DNA of 64,000 nucleotides from Octopus sinensis (taxonomy: Eukaryota): the NCBI RefSeq assembly GCF_006345805.1, contig NC_042998.1, positions 207,864,903-207,928,902 of the forward strand, written 5' to 3'. Shown in pieces: positions 1-13,330 of this stretch. Within the stretch, counting starts at the first letter, position 1. Each line of letters opens with the position of its first letter. The position numbers and the translations under genes were made by a program. Below the pieces are notes generated by a model, which did no database searches, was not told the DNA's origin, and saw nothing but the letters and a program-made list of their open reading frames with translations.

Positions 1-126
1 ATTCATTTAGTTATTTATTTACTTTATTATTATTATTATTATTATTATTATATTATTATTATATTATTATTGTTGTTGTTGTTGTTATTATTATTATCAT
101 CATTATTATTATTATTATTATTGTTG

Positions 127-161
<35 letters not shown>

Positions 162-189
162 GTTGTTGTTGTTGTTATTATTATTATCG

Positions 190-224
<35 letters not shown>

Positions 225-831
225 GTTATTATTGTTATTATTATTATTATCATCATTATTATTATTATTATTATTATCATCATCATCATCGTCATTATTA
301 TTATTCATGGTTTCCAGCATCACGTCTAGAGTTTACGTATTATTGCTATTTCAACAGCCTTATGCTTATTGCGTGTTGTTGTTGTTGCTGTTTCTGCTGT
401 TGTTGTTCTTTTCCTTACTATTACTATTATTGTTGTTGTTGTTATTGTTATCATCATCATCATTATTATTATTAATATTATTATTATTATTATTATTATT
501 ATATTATTATATTATTATCATTATCATCATTATTATTATTATCATTATTATTATTATTGTTGTTATTATTATCATTATCATCATTATTATCATTATTATT
601 ATTATTGTTGTTATTATTATTAATATTATTATTATTAATTATTATTATTATTATTATTATTATTGTTGTTGTTGTTGTTGTTATTATTATTGTTGTTGTT
701 GTTGTTATTATTGTTGTTGTTGTTATTATTGTTGTTGTTATTATTGTTATTGTTGTTATTATTATTGTTGCTGTGTTGTTGTTGCTGTTGTTGTTGTTGC
801 TGTTGTTGTTCTTGTTCTTTTCCTTATCATC

Positions 832-914
<83 letters not shown>

Positions 915-925
915 CATCATCAATA
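1..925. repeat. (ATT)n/(GTT)n/(ATC)n trinucleotide microsatellite block
   Basis: Directly visible; explains the poly-L/I/Y/N ORFs. Confidence 0.97.
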
Positions 926-1284
926 ATTTGATGCTTACACTAAAACTTTGTCTTCAGTTGCTTCTCTCGTCCAATAAAAGATAAACGAACTGAATGATTC
1001 CCTAGTTTATGCTTGGCTTAATTCACGTAAATAAATACCCAAACACACACAGACATGCGCACTGTTTACACGCATATGTACATACATTTCCTTAAGCAGT
1101 TAATGCAGTCAATGCGTGTGTGTGTAGAAGCACGACATATCCCATATAACAGGCGTACACGTACGAAACTAAACACGAGCAGAAGCATTTAAGGGCGAAT
1201 ATCACATAGTTTGAGATTTGTAGTTCCATAAAATATAACGTAATACCTAATAAAACTTATTCCTGTTATAAAAGCAATGGCACC

Positions 1285-1309
1285 AATAATAATAATAATA
1301 ATCATAATA

Positions 1310-1340
<31 letters not shown>

Positions 1341-1375
1341 TGATAATAATAATAATGATAATGATAATAATAATG

Positions 1376-1418
<43 letters not shown>

Positions 1419-1527
1419 TAATAATAATAATAATAATAAGGATATAATAATAATAATGATGATAATAATAATAATAATAATAATAATGATAATAATAAGG
1501 ATAATAATAATAATAATAATAATAATG

Positions 1528-1580
<53 letters not shown>

Positions 1581-1598
1581 GATGATGATAATAATGAA

Positions 1599-1635
<37 letters not shown>

Positions 1636-1672
1636 TTAATAATAATAATAATAATAATAATAATGAAAATAA
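1285..1672. repeat. (AAT)n microsatellite
   Basis: Directly visible. Confidence 0.97.
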
Positions 1673-2083
1673 TACTCTCTTTACTCTTTTACTTGTTTCA
1701 GTCATTTGACTGCGGCCATGCTGGAGCACCGCCTTTAGTCGAGCAAATCGACCCTGGGACTTATTCTTTTGTAAGCCCAGTACTTATTCTATCGGTCTCT
1801 TTTTGCCGAACCGCTAAGTGACGGGGACGTAAACACACCAGCATCGGTTGTCAAGCAATGCTAGTGGGACAAACACAGACACACAAACACACATACATAT
1901 ATATATATATACATATATACGACAGGCTTCTTTCAGTTTCCGTCTACCAAATCCACTCACAAGGCTTTGGTCGGCCCGAGGCTATAGTAGAAGACACTTG
2001 CCCAAGATGTCACGCAGTGGGACTGAACCCGGAACCATGTGGTTGGTTAGCAAGCTACTTACCACACAGCCACTCCTGCGCCT
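1673..2083 (-). mobile_element. tRNA-derived SINE family A, full length (CORE-like domain, LINE-derived tail ending (AAGAGTA)n)
   Basis: Minus strand begins AGGCGCAGGAGTGGCTGTGTGG (A box) ... GGTTCAGTCCC (B box), then TTGGGCAAGTG. Other copies or fragments at about 4005-4437, 5245-5682, 5920-6084, 12370-12500, 15613-16040, 43535-43767(+), 46872-47265, 49678-49832(+), 51950-52140, 53040-53438, 54375-54737, 56140-56510, 59527-59660(+), 61770-61980. Confidence 0.9.
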
Positions 2084-2450
2084 AATACTTATAATAATAA
2101 TGCGCCTAATACTTATAATAATAATACTAATACTTATAATAATAATGATAATGATAATAATAATAATAGTGATAGCAACAACAACAACAGCAGCAGCAAC
2201 AGCAACAACAATAATAATAGTAATAATAACAACCCATTCGACTAAGGGCACAAGGCCTGAAATGTAGGGGGAGGGAACTAGTCGACTACGTCGACCCCAG
2301 TGTCTCACTGGTACTCAGTTTATCGACCTCGAAAGGATCAAAGACAAAGTCGACCTCGATAGAATAACAACAACAACAATACTACTACTACTACAACAAC
2401 AACAACAACTACTACTACTACTACTACTACTACTAATAATAATAATAATA

Positions 2451-3277
2451 AACCAACAGCTTAAAAGACGAGGAAGCATCATGGTGGTGGTTCAACAAGG
2501 GTGACCTAAAAAAGAATACTGAAAGCCTAATGATCGCTGCCCAGGACCAGGCATTAAATACGAACTCGGTGAAAAAGAATAGATACCATATAAGTGCAAC
2601 GAATCTCTGCAGAATGTGTGTGGGAAGAGGGTCGAAAGCTTAACTTATATTGTTTGTGCATGTGAACGTCTTGCGCAGAAAGCGTACAAGCGTAGACACG
2701 ACAAGGTAGTCCAAAAGCTCCACTGGCTACTATGCCGTAAGTAGGGATATGAGGTTACAGGTGCTTCGTATCAACATACACCGGAAAAAGGTACACGATG
2801 AAAAGGGGAAGGCAAAAAACCTCTGGGACTGTGATTTCCAGACAGACAAGGTGTTAGAGCACCGAAGGGCGGATATAGTAATCTTTGGGACTGACAAACA
2901 AAAGTGTTTAATAATCAACGTAGCAGTGCCAGGAGATCAACATATGAAAGAAAGAGAAAAAGTTGATAAATATGGAAACCTGAGAATTGAGATCGCTAAG
3001 GATGTGGCAGCTACGAGAGTCGAACATAAAGTTTATCCCTATTGTCTTCGGAGCATTGGGTTCAATACCACCCAATCTGAGAAATTATCTGAAAAGCTCA
3101 GAAATATCCTACAATCTAGGTGTATTGCAAAAGTCGGCATTACTCGGAACTGCACGCATATTGCGTAAAATACTGTCTGTCTGAGGTCCTTGTTGTGACT
3201 TGACAGACAGCACAAACCACAGGTAGGTACAATATCTTCAATTAACCACCTCACGATATTGTATACTGTGTGACGTC
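2451..3277 (+). mobile_element. 5'-truncated R4/Dong-like non-LTR retrotransposon remnant (CCHC knuckle + restriction-like endonuclease), frameshifted, inserted in (TAA)n
   Basis: Frames give AAQDQALNTN..CRMC..YKRRHDKV..LHWLLC..WDCDFQTDKVLEHRRADIV..VAVPGD..KVDKY..IPIVFGALG..LQKSALLGTARILRKILSV*; flanked by TAA repeats, the known R4/Dong target. Confidence 0.88.
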
Positions 3278-3279
3278 TA

Positions 3280-3365
<86 letters not shown>

Positions 3366-3368
<3 letters not shown>

Positions 3369-3527
3369 GCCCTGGTGCAGCACCAGGCAGTGGCTCTCGT
3401 GGCTTCTGATTTTAACTGATTGGAAGTGTTATCATGTACATTATTTTGTCTTGATATAAAAGATGGGTGTAGTGGGCTTCGTATATTTGTACCCCAGTGT
3501 CACTTTGATGACATGCACTGCTCTCTC

Positions 3528-3528
<1 letters not shown>
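3366..3528. repeat. Short unique-sequence insert within (AAT)n, probable retroelement 3' remnant
   Basis: About 160 bp of non-simple sequence bounded on both sides by (AAT)n; identity not established. Confidence 0.4.
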
Positions 3529-3581
<53 letters not shown>

Positions 3582-3769
3582 CATAATAATAATAAGAAGA
3601 AGAAGAAGGAAGAAGAAGAATCTATAGACCTGTGGAATATGGTCTAATTCATGAAGCTGGTTTTCTTTCTCCTGCTATCTCCTGCAACCCACACATATTT
3701 ATGATTATCTCAAGTTGAAACCAAAAGTCAAAGCTAAACGACATTTAACAACGCCACACAGCAGTAGGA

Positions 3770-3930
3770 GCAATGATAACATCTCAAGACGGTTACAATA
3801 CAAATAATGGTAGGAACACCTGAAATGATCAGGAAAGGAACTGAAAATTATTTGAGATTGGTCCCTGGGTTACCATTCATGTAGGAAGCGCAAAAGATTC
3901 TATTAACGTCACACGTATTGAAATGAGAAC
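3770..3930 (+). mobile_element. Second, older R4/Dong-like C-terminal remnant
   Basis: HLKTVTIQIMVGTPEMIRKGTENYLRLVPGLPFM*EAQKILLTSHVL resembles the RLE C-terminus. Confidence 0.55.
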
Positions 3931-5464
3931 AGTTTCACGGGGAATTTTCTTTACTTTTTGGCCTTTCATTTTATCCATTTAATTTTCCCACTTTTTTTCT
4001 ATCACTCTTTACTCTCCTTTTACTCTCCTTTTACTTGTTGCAGTCAATTGACTGCGGCCATGCTGGAGCACCACCTTTAGTCGAGAAAATCGACCTCAGG
4101 ACTTATTCTTTGTAAGCCTAGTACTTAACTTATTCTACTTATTCTATCGGTCTCTTTTGCCAAACCGCTAGGTTACGGGGACGTAAACACGCTACCATCG
4201 GTTGTCAAACGATGTTGGGGTGGGGCGGGGGTGGGGCAAAGACAGACACAAAAACACACACACATATACATATAATATATACGACGGGCTTCTTTCAGTT
4301 TCCTTCTACCAAATCCACTCACAGGGCTTTGGTCGACCCGAGGCTATAGTAGTAGAAACTTGCCCAAAGTGCCACGCAGTGGGACTGAACCCGGAACCAT
4401 GTGATTGGTAAGCAAGCTACTTACCACACAGCCACTTACATGACTATGTAAATGAACAATCTGTGTGATTATTGTAATGGTTTACAAATGTATACAGTGA
4501 GTGTCTCTGACCTAGATGTCAGGAAGGCACTCGGCAAGAAAAGGAAACAGAATTGAAAGAAGATGATAATGAAAGTCATAACAACAACAACAACAACAAC
4601 AACAATGATAATAATAATTAACGGAACCCATAACAAAACCAAGCAAAAGAACGGCGCATTGATAGATACTATAAATACTTTAAATATTATAAAATAGTTG
4701 ATTTAGGATTTACGCACACACACACAAACACACACACACACACACACACACCACACACACACACACACACACACTACTATGCAACACTCTTCCAAAATCA
4801 TACAAGAATAAACTCATACCGTAAATACCCAATAAAACCCACATGTGCCAAAGAAGGCCAATACTCGACAGAAGAACATAACCTGCGCTATACAAACAAC
4901 AGACAATGTAAAAACTAATACAACCGAAGACTCAAACAAAACCCCACAACAAAAAAGAAAATTCAGCCCGCACCGGTGCAAAGGTGCAACAAATGATGCA
5001 ATAGAAAGTTGCTCGAAACTTTCAAATGTTAACAACAAACAATATGAGAACAAATATCCGCCAAATGTAAATAATGTAAATAAGGTTCCTCATCTCTTAA
5101 ATACGTATAGAACTGTATTAAGGAAAATAGTTGTTAGTATGAAGCGAGGAACCTGGGGCAGTTAACCACTTCATTTACTTCATCGCTAAATCTGAACGCA
5201 TTCAAATGTGCAATCAACAGCTGTATCTAATCGAACTATATCTTTTTATGTTTTACTTGTTTCAGTCAATTGACTGCGACCATGCTGGGGCACCGCCTTG
5301 AAGGGTTTCAGTCGAAAAAATCGACTTGTTATTTTTTGAAGCCTCTTTTGCTAAACTGCTAAGTAACAGGGACGTAAACACACCCTCACTGGTTGCCAAG
5401 CGGTGGTGGGGTACAAACGCAGACACAGAGACACAGACATACACACACATACACGCACACGCAT

Positions 5465-5503
<39 letters not shown>

Positions 5504-5687
5504 CACATAGAAATACACACACACACATATATAATTATACAAAAGGCTTCCTTCAGTTTCCGTCTACCAAATCCACTCACAAGGCTTGGCCGGTCCGAGG
5601 CTATAGTAGGCCACGCAGTGGGACTGAACCCTGAAGCTGTGGTTGAGAAGCAAGCTTCTTACCACACAGCCACGCCTGTGCCCCACC

Positions 5688-5725
<38 letters not shown>

Positions 5726-5741
5726 TATATTGCGCACACAC

Positions 5742-5783
<42 letters not shown>

Positions 5784-6837
5784 TCAGGAACAAAGAGAGA
5801 GATTTTTGTCCACTGAATCCACTCACAAGTCTTTGGTTGGCCAGAGGTTATAGTAAAAGACACGTGTATATATATATATGTGTGTGTGTATATGTGTGTG
5901 TGTGTATGTGTGTGGTGTGTGTGTGTGTGTCTGCGTTTGTACCCCACCACCGCTTGGCAACCAGTGATGGTGTGTTTACGTCCCGTTTACTTAGCAGTTT
6001 AGCCAAAGTGCCATGCAGCGGGACTGAACCCGGAACCATGTGGTTGGGAACCAAGCGTTTTACCACGCAGCCACTCCTGCGCCTATATTACTTCGTAGTG
6101 TATCGTTACCAGAGCTGTTTGGCTGTTCCCTGTTGACCGTTGCAACGTGGGCAGGCCTTGTGTTGTTACATAATAAAATCGATGTTGGCCAACTGTTTTT
6201 ACATCTAACGTTTATATTTGAGAAGCGAATACATAAATTATGTCAGATTTTAAAATATCATTTTTCTGTCATTCCGGCGCATGGAAGTGATTCATTTCCG
6301 CTCGTTAGACATCGATGATAGATGATAAAGGGACCACTGTGAAATATCCTGAACATTTTAGACAAGTAATCAAGACAGATACAAAAAGATGTGGCCATCT
6401 CTTGGAAAGTTTTGTCTTGCATTTTTTTTTTACCATTATTGTTGTTTAAAAAGATGTGTTTTATATTGTGTTGCACTACAGATATTGTTGGCGATGTTTA
6501 TTGGTCCCAGGGCAATTAAAATTGAGTAGATCTATGATCAGACATCCCACCCGTTATTATCTAGTCTCTTTAAAAGAGAAAAAGAATTTTTTAGCAGTAA
6601 ATTATTATCTAATTCGCTCGTTCTGTTTTTTTAAAGCGGTAGGCTGTGATTTCAGAAGGAATCGGTTGGTATTTCTACCTCGTCACCTGACCAGTTGAGG
6701 TTCTTACTTTAGTTTTGCTTGGCACCCTTTTTGGTAACTATTTGATTGTTTCGTAGAAGTGGTAGAATTCCAGGAAATCTTAGTGGAATTCATTAGAACT
6801 TTCACTCATATGCTAGAAACTTCTCTACAAATAGAAC

Positions 6838-7496
6838 TGACGACTAAAAGGCGACTAAAAAAAGGTTGAAGTAGGATTTGCACTCTGACCTCACAAAAAC
6901 CCTCACCAGCCACGACTACCCAAGCGAATCCATGGGCTGGAGCATTGTTACTTGAGAGGGGCAGGGTTGTCAACCGCCAAGAGTAGAAGGGAGACACCAG
7001 ATCGATGCAGCAACACGATATTAAAGCCCATGCTCTCATACAACCACCACCATCACCACCACCACCACCACTACCGTCACCACACCACCACCACACCACA
7101 ATCATCGTCACCACCACCACCACCACCGTCACCACCACCACCACTACCGTCACCACCACCACCACCACCACCGCCACCACCACCACTACCACCACCGCCG
7201 CCGCCACCGCCGCCACCACCACCACCACCATCACCACCACCACCACCACCACCACCACTACCACTACAACCACCGCCGCCGCCACCGCTGCCACCACCAC
7301 CACCACCACCATCACTACCATCACCACCTCCACCACCACCACTACCACCACCGCCGCCGCCACCGCCGCCACCACCACCACCACCATCACCACCACCACC
7401 ACCGTCACCACCACCACCACCACCATCACCACCATCACCACCTCCACCACCACCACCACCATCACCACCACCACCATCACCACCACCACCACCGTC
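6838..7496 (+). mobile_element. 5'-truncated SINE family E with expanded (CAC)n tail
   Basis: AAGGCGACTAAA..GGTTGA.GTAGGATTTGCACTCTGACC shared with 8380-8430(-), 26910-26965 and 49440-49490; CTACAAATAGAACT repeated on both flanks (probable TSD). Confidence 0.65.
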
Positions 7497-7904
7497 TACA
7501 AATAGAACTTCTACAAATAGAACTTCTCTACAAATTCAATGTCATAGAATCATAGAAGAGACTCGTAGGACTCAATACCTCTCCTATGTGTGCATGTATG
7601 TATTTATGTGTGTACGTACGTATCTACATACGTACGTAAGTCTCTTCTATCTTTAATCGTTTATATACCTCTGACGAAGGAGCTGGTTTCTAACAAAGGT
7701 GTAAAGCTCCACCTGGCCGCAACACAAGCACTGAAGCAAATAAAAGAATAAACGAATCGACTCTCTTCTGTTCCCAAAGAAACTTTAAAATACTTAAAAT
7801 GAATGAAATACCAAAATAATCAATCTGATTTGAAGATCGATATCGATAAAAAGTAATTCAATAAAGTTGCCACATTGGGGACGCAACTGAAAGAACAGCG
7901 GCAG

Positions 7905-8607
7905 AAGCAGCAATAGCGGTAGTAGTAGTAGTGGTAGTAGTAGTAGTAGTAGTAGTAGTTGTAGTTGTAGTAGTGGTAGCAGTAGTGGTGGTAGTAGTAG
8001 CGGTGGTAGTAGTGGTGGTAGTAGTGGTAGTAGTGATGGTAGTAGTAGCAGAGGTAGTAATTGTGGTGGTAGTAGTAGTGGTAGTAGTGGTAGTAGTAGT
8101 AGTGGTAGTAGTGGTAGTAGTAGTAGTGGTAGTAGTAGTGGTAGTAGTATTAGTAGTGGTAGTAGTAGTGGTTGTAGTAGTAGTAGTGGTGGTGGTGGTA
8201 GTGGTGATGTTGTGGAGGCATATAGAGCGACAGTGTGTCATTGCACGCACCATTTGTTGGTGATTCCCTACTTTCGGTGGATGACACCATTTTGCAGCCA
8301 TTCAGGTGACACCCACCCCCACACCACCCAACTCATGGATCTGTTTTTGGGCAGTTTTTGCTGGTGAGGGTTTTTTACAAGATCAGAGTGCAAATCCTAC
8401 CTCAACCTCTTTTAGTCTCCTCTCATGACACACAAAGGAAACGTCGGGTCTATTCTTTGACATACTAACCCCTACGCAGCATCAGAGCAATGTGGTGAAG
8501 TGAAGTGTTTTGCTCAAGTACACAACACGCTGCGCAGTCCTGGAATCGAACTTACAATCTGGCGATCATGAATGCAGCATCCAAACCATTAGACCACGTG
8601 CCTTCAG
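7905..8607 (-). mobile_element. SINE family E copy (tRNA head at 8490-8607, E body, (ACC/ACT)n tail)
   Basis: Minus strand TGAAGGCACGTGGTCTAATGG..AGTTCGATTCC head, then E motif, then the (GTA/GTG)n tract. Confidence 0.6.
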
Positions 8608-8964
8608 AATTAAAGTAACACTAAATTAAATCGCCGTGTGTGTCTCATACTTAACATATATAAGCCATTGGAAGGCATGATGCTATAACTTTTGTCTGAG
8701 ATAAAATCTCTCCCCGAACTTGCGTTAAAAACAAAATAAATGTCGGACCCACGAGAACGAAATACGCTTTTCTACCAACTTGGGACCTTTCAATGACTTG
8801 TACCCGTTTTTCACATGCTTAAACGCTGTTAAGAACCAGTGAGTAATAAGTTCACTGATATTGTGGAAAGCTTGCTGGGCTGTAATAAAAACGGTGCAGG
8901 CAATTGAAACAGCATTAAATTAAAATACCACCTCTGTACCACGCGGCTTACGTTCAATCTTGGG

Positions 8965-9297
8965 CATCTCTGATTAGGAGAGAGTGAGACACAAAGAAGT
9001 AATAAGAAAAGCAGACATGGGAAGTTTGCAGGTCACGGTGAGTGAGCGGTGGATACGGTTTACTGGCCATGTGCTTTGATTATTGCAGGGGAGACATGCT
9101 ACTATCGTGATGGAGTGGATGGCGAAAGCAGGAATGAGACCGAAGGGAAAACCAAGGAAGCCGTGGCGCATTACGTTCCGGAACGACATGACAGCATTGC
9201 GAGTTGGTCCAAATGGAGCCAAGAGGAAGGCAAGTAAGCGGGGCGTTCGAGGAAGGATCGTTATCCGTTGTGCTGGAGGAGCTAAGAGCTAAGAGAG
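8965..9297 (+). mobile_element. RTE-clade LINE 3' end remnant
   Basis: ERVRHKEVIRKADM..ERWIRFTGHVL*..EWMAKAGMRPKGKPRKPWRITFRNDM (RTE C-terminal motif pattern); short (GCTAAGA)n tail. Confidence 0.75.
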
Positions 9298-9317
9298 CAC
9301 CACATTTATTGTATATC

Positions 9318-9628
9318 ACGTCACGTCACGTCACGTGACCGACCAGTCCATCAGATGTAGTTACACATCGCTGGTCACAATGCGTTCGCATTGTTTTAGC
9401 CTTCGAATGACGCCACCACGCTGGTTAAGCGAGCAGGCCAACAGAAGAAAGAGTGGGAGAAAGAGTGGTGAAAGAGTACAGCAGGGATCACCACCCCCTG
9501 CCGGAGCCTCGTGGAGCTTTTAGGTGTTTTCGCTCAATAAACACTCACAACGCCCGGTCTGGGAATCGAAACCGCGATCCTACGACCGCGAGTCCGCTGC
9601 TCTAACCACTAGGCCATTGCGCCTCCAC
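9318..9628 (-). mobile_element. tRNA-derived SINE family C, tail type 2 ending in (GTGAC)n
   Basis: Head GTGGAGGCGCAATGGCCTAGTGGTTAGAGCAGCGGACTCGCGG..GGTTTCGATTCCC; TSD TTATTGTATAT; same type at 16771-17072(+), 26238-26548(+), tail only at 18139-18256. Confidence 0.9.
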
Positions 9629-10286
9629 TTATTGTATATACACCATTGAAAGACATGATGCTGTGAAATTATCTGAGAGGAAACTTTTTTATGGACTGCA
9701 ATATGAGCCAATGTTTTATTCAGCTTTCTACGTCCCGAAGCACGAATTTTATCTTTGGCGGTAAATGAGTCCAAAACAATCACAAGCTACAAAAAGTGTG
9801 AATCACGTCTGATGTTCGCGAGAGTCAAATCCAGGACGATGTTCCTCTTTGATTTTTATTGCGTTTTTAATACCAAATGTTTAAGAAGAGATTTTATGCC
9901 AAACAACCACCGAGGTACCATTATCTTTCTGCGTTTATTCATTTAGTATGATACACAGATGGCAATTTTATACTAATATGGCTTCATTTGCGTTCACCAA
10001 GTCCTTTTACAGCTCAGCAAACTTTCTGTGGATGATTTGTTCACTGTTTTCTATATGTATAGACGCACAAATTTTGTCTAAGCAAGTGGGAACTGTGTGC
10101 AGGGCACTGACACGGCATTTGACAGCCCCTAGTCGTTGTAGGGCGAAATGCGACTGGCGTTCCTAAGTTACTGCTAGGGCGATGTTCGCTCCACTCTGAT
10201 GTACATTACGTTTCTAACATCAGTCTATGAAGAGATTTTCTCTCAGATAAAATCACACAGCACTATGCCTTTAAACGGTGTATATA

Positions 10287-10852
10287 TTGGGTTGTCCGGA
10301 AAGTTGGTGCCGAGTTTTAAAGAAAAGAAAAAGGTCAATAAATACTTGCCATTATATTTTTAATCAACCAGATACGAACCATTTTGTTGCACAATGCGTC
10401 TCCATCTTCCCTTTAACTTGAAAATACCCTCTTTCCAGAATTGAGGTGGTTTCATGGCAAAGAATTCATCAAGGTATCTTTTTATGTCATCCAAGGAATT
10501 GAAATTTTTACCATTAAGACTATTCTGCAGAGACCTGAATAAGCGTAAATCCGAAGGAGCAATATCTGGTGAATATGGAGGGTGGGGTAACACATCCCAG
10601 CCGAGCTGCAGCAATTTTTGTCTGGTTCCCAAAGCATCAAATGCCGAAAATGAACTTTCTTATCTTCCATTTTAAAGGGTTACAGAATTAACACAGGTTA
10701 TAGGAACATAAACCTTCTTTCCCGAAAAGATTGCTTAAACTATGCTCTAAATGGAGGTGTAGTCAAATCCTATTTTATGGACTCAATCATGTTCTAAGAT
10801 AAGTCGAAAGGTAAGCTACTATAAATCGGCACGAACTTTCCGGACAACCCAA
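10287..10852 (-). mobile_element. Internally deleted mariner element with both TIRs and TA TSD
   Basis: TIRs TTGGGTTGTCCGGAAAGTT.GTGCCGA / TCGGCACGAACTTTCCGGACAACCCAA; N-terminus MEDKKVHFRHLML joined to C-terminus HPPYSPDIAPSD..FRSLQNSL. Confidence 0.93.
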
Positions 10853-11596
10853 TAGATTTAGTACGACTATAGTAACATAAACGACAATAAGGTTGTAAGT
10901 TTTATTTAACCGTAAAAATTGATGTTTCGCGGAGACAGGTAATATTACAAACTCCCGTCGTTCATAGCAGGAGCCAAATATTTTTGGCTGGTTATAGATC
11001 ATTGGATGCGTATGTTTCTTCCATTTGCGTTCTTACGGTGAAATATAGACTTTTTTTTAGCATCAAAGTAAAAATTTACTTGATTATGAATGTACAGTTG
11101 GCACTACGATATTTTTATGATTCTACAGAGATCTCCGTACTCACCTTCCGCTTCCTTTAATGTCGGTTTTTGGATTATTCGCAACTAATAGCGAATTCAC
11201 GAGGCTACTTTTGATAATAGCTTCCATGGGAACACGGCCATAAACGGGAACAAACACCAAACGATTGTTAATTCTTGTTGGATTATGGCTTTAGTTAAAA
11301 TAATATATTTGAAACATTTCAAAATGAAAGGATGTCGGCATTATCCACTTAACGTTTTACGTGTTTCGTACATCAAATAAACGTTAGAGAGAAGCGTTGT
11401 ATAAATTTACTTTCAAATACATCATCTAGACATTCTTATCACACGATGTTTGTATACACAGGTAAAAACGTTCTGTCTCATAAATACAAACTTGTTACCA
11501 GTTCAAATAAGCTTGAGTCACATTCGAACTCGTAAGAAGGCCATTTACTGTATTTTGTCTACTCGCTGTAGACAAATAGGTGTAAATACAACGCTT

Positions 11597-11862
11597 GTGG
11601 AGGCACATGGCCTAGTGGTTATAGCAGCGGACTCGCGGTCGTGGGATCGCGGGTTCGAATCTCAGGCCGGGCGATGTGTGTGTTTATGAGCGAAACACCT
11701 AAGCTTCTGCTGACTCTCGCCCCAACTTTCTTTCACTCTTTCCTCCAGCATCTTGCAGCTCACCTGCGACGGACCGGCATCCCGTCCAGGTGGGGAACCT
11801 ACACATCAAGGAAGCCGGGAAACCGGCCATTATGAGCCAGGCATGGCTCGAGAAGGAACAAA
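11597..11862 (+). mobile_element. SINE family C head with a third tail type
   Basis: C-type head, then CCTGCGACGGACCGGCATCCCGTCCAGG..GAGCCAGGCATGGCTCGAGAAGGAAC, unlike tails 1 and 2. Confidence 0.8.
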
Positions 11863-12574
11863 TACAGCGCTTGAGCTTCGGGCGGCACCTAACCAGACTG
11901 TGGGATGCAGGCATTTCAAAGTGGTTATCTCTGTCTTATGAAGAATATCTGCTTGCACGGAAAGTGATGGATTAACAGGACTAGTTTTTTCGAACCGGGT
12001 CTTGGGATATGATCAATAACTGTGTAGACCTAACTAACCACTTACGGAGGTACTACATAGAGCCCTACTATGGCTAAAAGGTTTCAAGAAATTGGCCATC
12101 CGGGTTTGTATATTTAACAAGCTTCTGGTAGGTAGCTCCATTGTTAAATTACTAGTCTTTTAGCAACGTTTAGTTTTATTGTTAGGCCACAAAACTAAAA
12201 CATGTGATTAGAGCCCCAGAATTGTTTGGTGACTCGAGGCACGTTATAAAAACCTGCTCAACCACGTGCCTTAACTGCAAGGAATTATTAGTAGCTCTTA
12301 TTTTAATACAGTGTACACTAAATGATATATATATATATATATATATATATTCTTTTATTATTTTATTCTTTTCTTTTTTCAGTCACCTGACTGCGGCTAT
12401 GCTGGAGCACCGGTTTCAAGGGTTTTAGTCGAACAAATCGACCGCTAAGTTACAGGGACGTAAACACACCAATACCAGTTGTCAAGCAGTGATGGGAGAG
12501 AAACAGGCACAAAGATACACACACACTCACACACGCATACGCACCTGTATACATACATACATATATACACACAT

Positions 12575-12605
<31 letters not shown>

Positions 12606-12745
12606 TACGAGAGGCAACGGTATCTAGAAAACCTAAATTGTGTCAGGTATATATCTTATTTCTACTTTCATTCTCTTATTTCCTTCTATATTCCCTATCT
12701 CCTTCTTTTCCGTAATCATTGGAACTCAAAAATGTTCTCATGCCG

Positions 12746-12791
12746 TCTCTGATGAAGGGATATTCATAATATCCCAGAAACGGCTGTAAGA
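12746..12791 (+). ncRNA. Minimal type I hammerhead-like motif (family H2)
   Basis: TCT-CTGATGA-A-GGGATAT/ATATCCC-A-GAAAC-GGCT-GTA-AGA; homologous copy at 52334-52381(-). Confidence 0.65.
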
Positions 12792-12857
12792 ATAATTCCT
12801 TATAAATGTCCTGAAAACTCCTCACGGCCTAGGATTTGTTATCTCATTCTATTTAAG

Positions 12858-13035
12858 ATCGTTAGCCACTAAATCTTTTTCTTTTTCTTTCCCTGTTTAT
12901 TTCTGTGTTCCTTTCTGTCGAAGAGCGTAGGCTCGAAACGTAAAAAGACTTTCTCACTTCCCGAGCGTTAAACTAATACATCTGTTTGTTATTTATACAT
13001 ACATCTTCGTCTTTTGTTTGTTTGTAAATTCTCAC
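12858..13035 (+). mobile_element. About 180-bp non-coding element family D carrying a hammerhead-like motif
   Basis: CTTT-CTGTCGA-A-GAGC-GTAG-GCTC-GAAAC-GTA-AAA(A)G; copies at 16415-16604, 35908-35975 (partial), 41490-41662(-), 41696-41937(-), 53729-53915(-), 55724-55895, 57208-57394(-), 59109-59266, 62733-62875(-). Confidence 0.8.
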
Positions 13036-13330
13036 AATATGTTTCTGGGGGTTTAGTGGTCTTTAGGGAAGAATTTTTCAAGAAGACAGAGGCTGGTGGT
13101 ATCCGATGATGGAATCAAGTTACAAGCATTATTTTGGACCTCCAAACCCACCAAAACAGCGGTTGCACTCGTAAAACTCCTACTCAACACCTTTAATTCC
13201 TGGTATTATTTCTATCCTTTGTAAGTCAGAGTTCCCTTATATGTATACATACATTTTTTCTATTAAATGTGTTTCATATTTCTGCATATCGACTTGCCTA
13301 ACTCGCTTTCCTTAAATTTACTCCTATATG

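Noticed and set aside
7665-7715. CTGACGAAGGAG hammerhead-like start
   Set aside because: No GAAA or NUH after the hairpin
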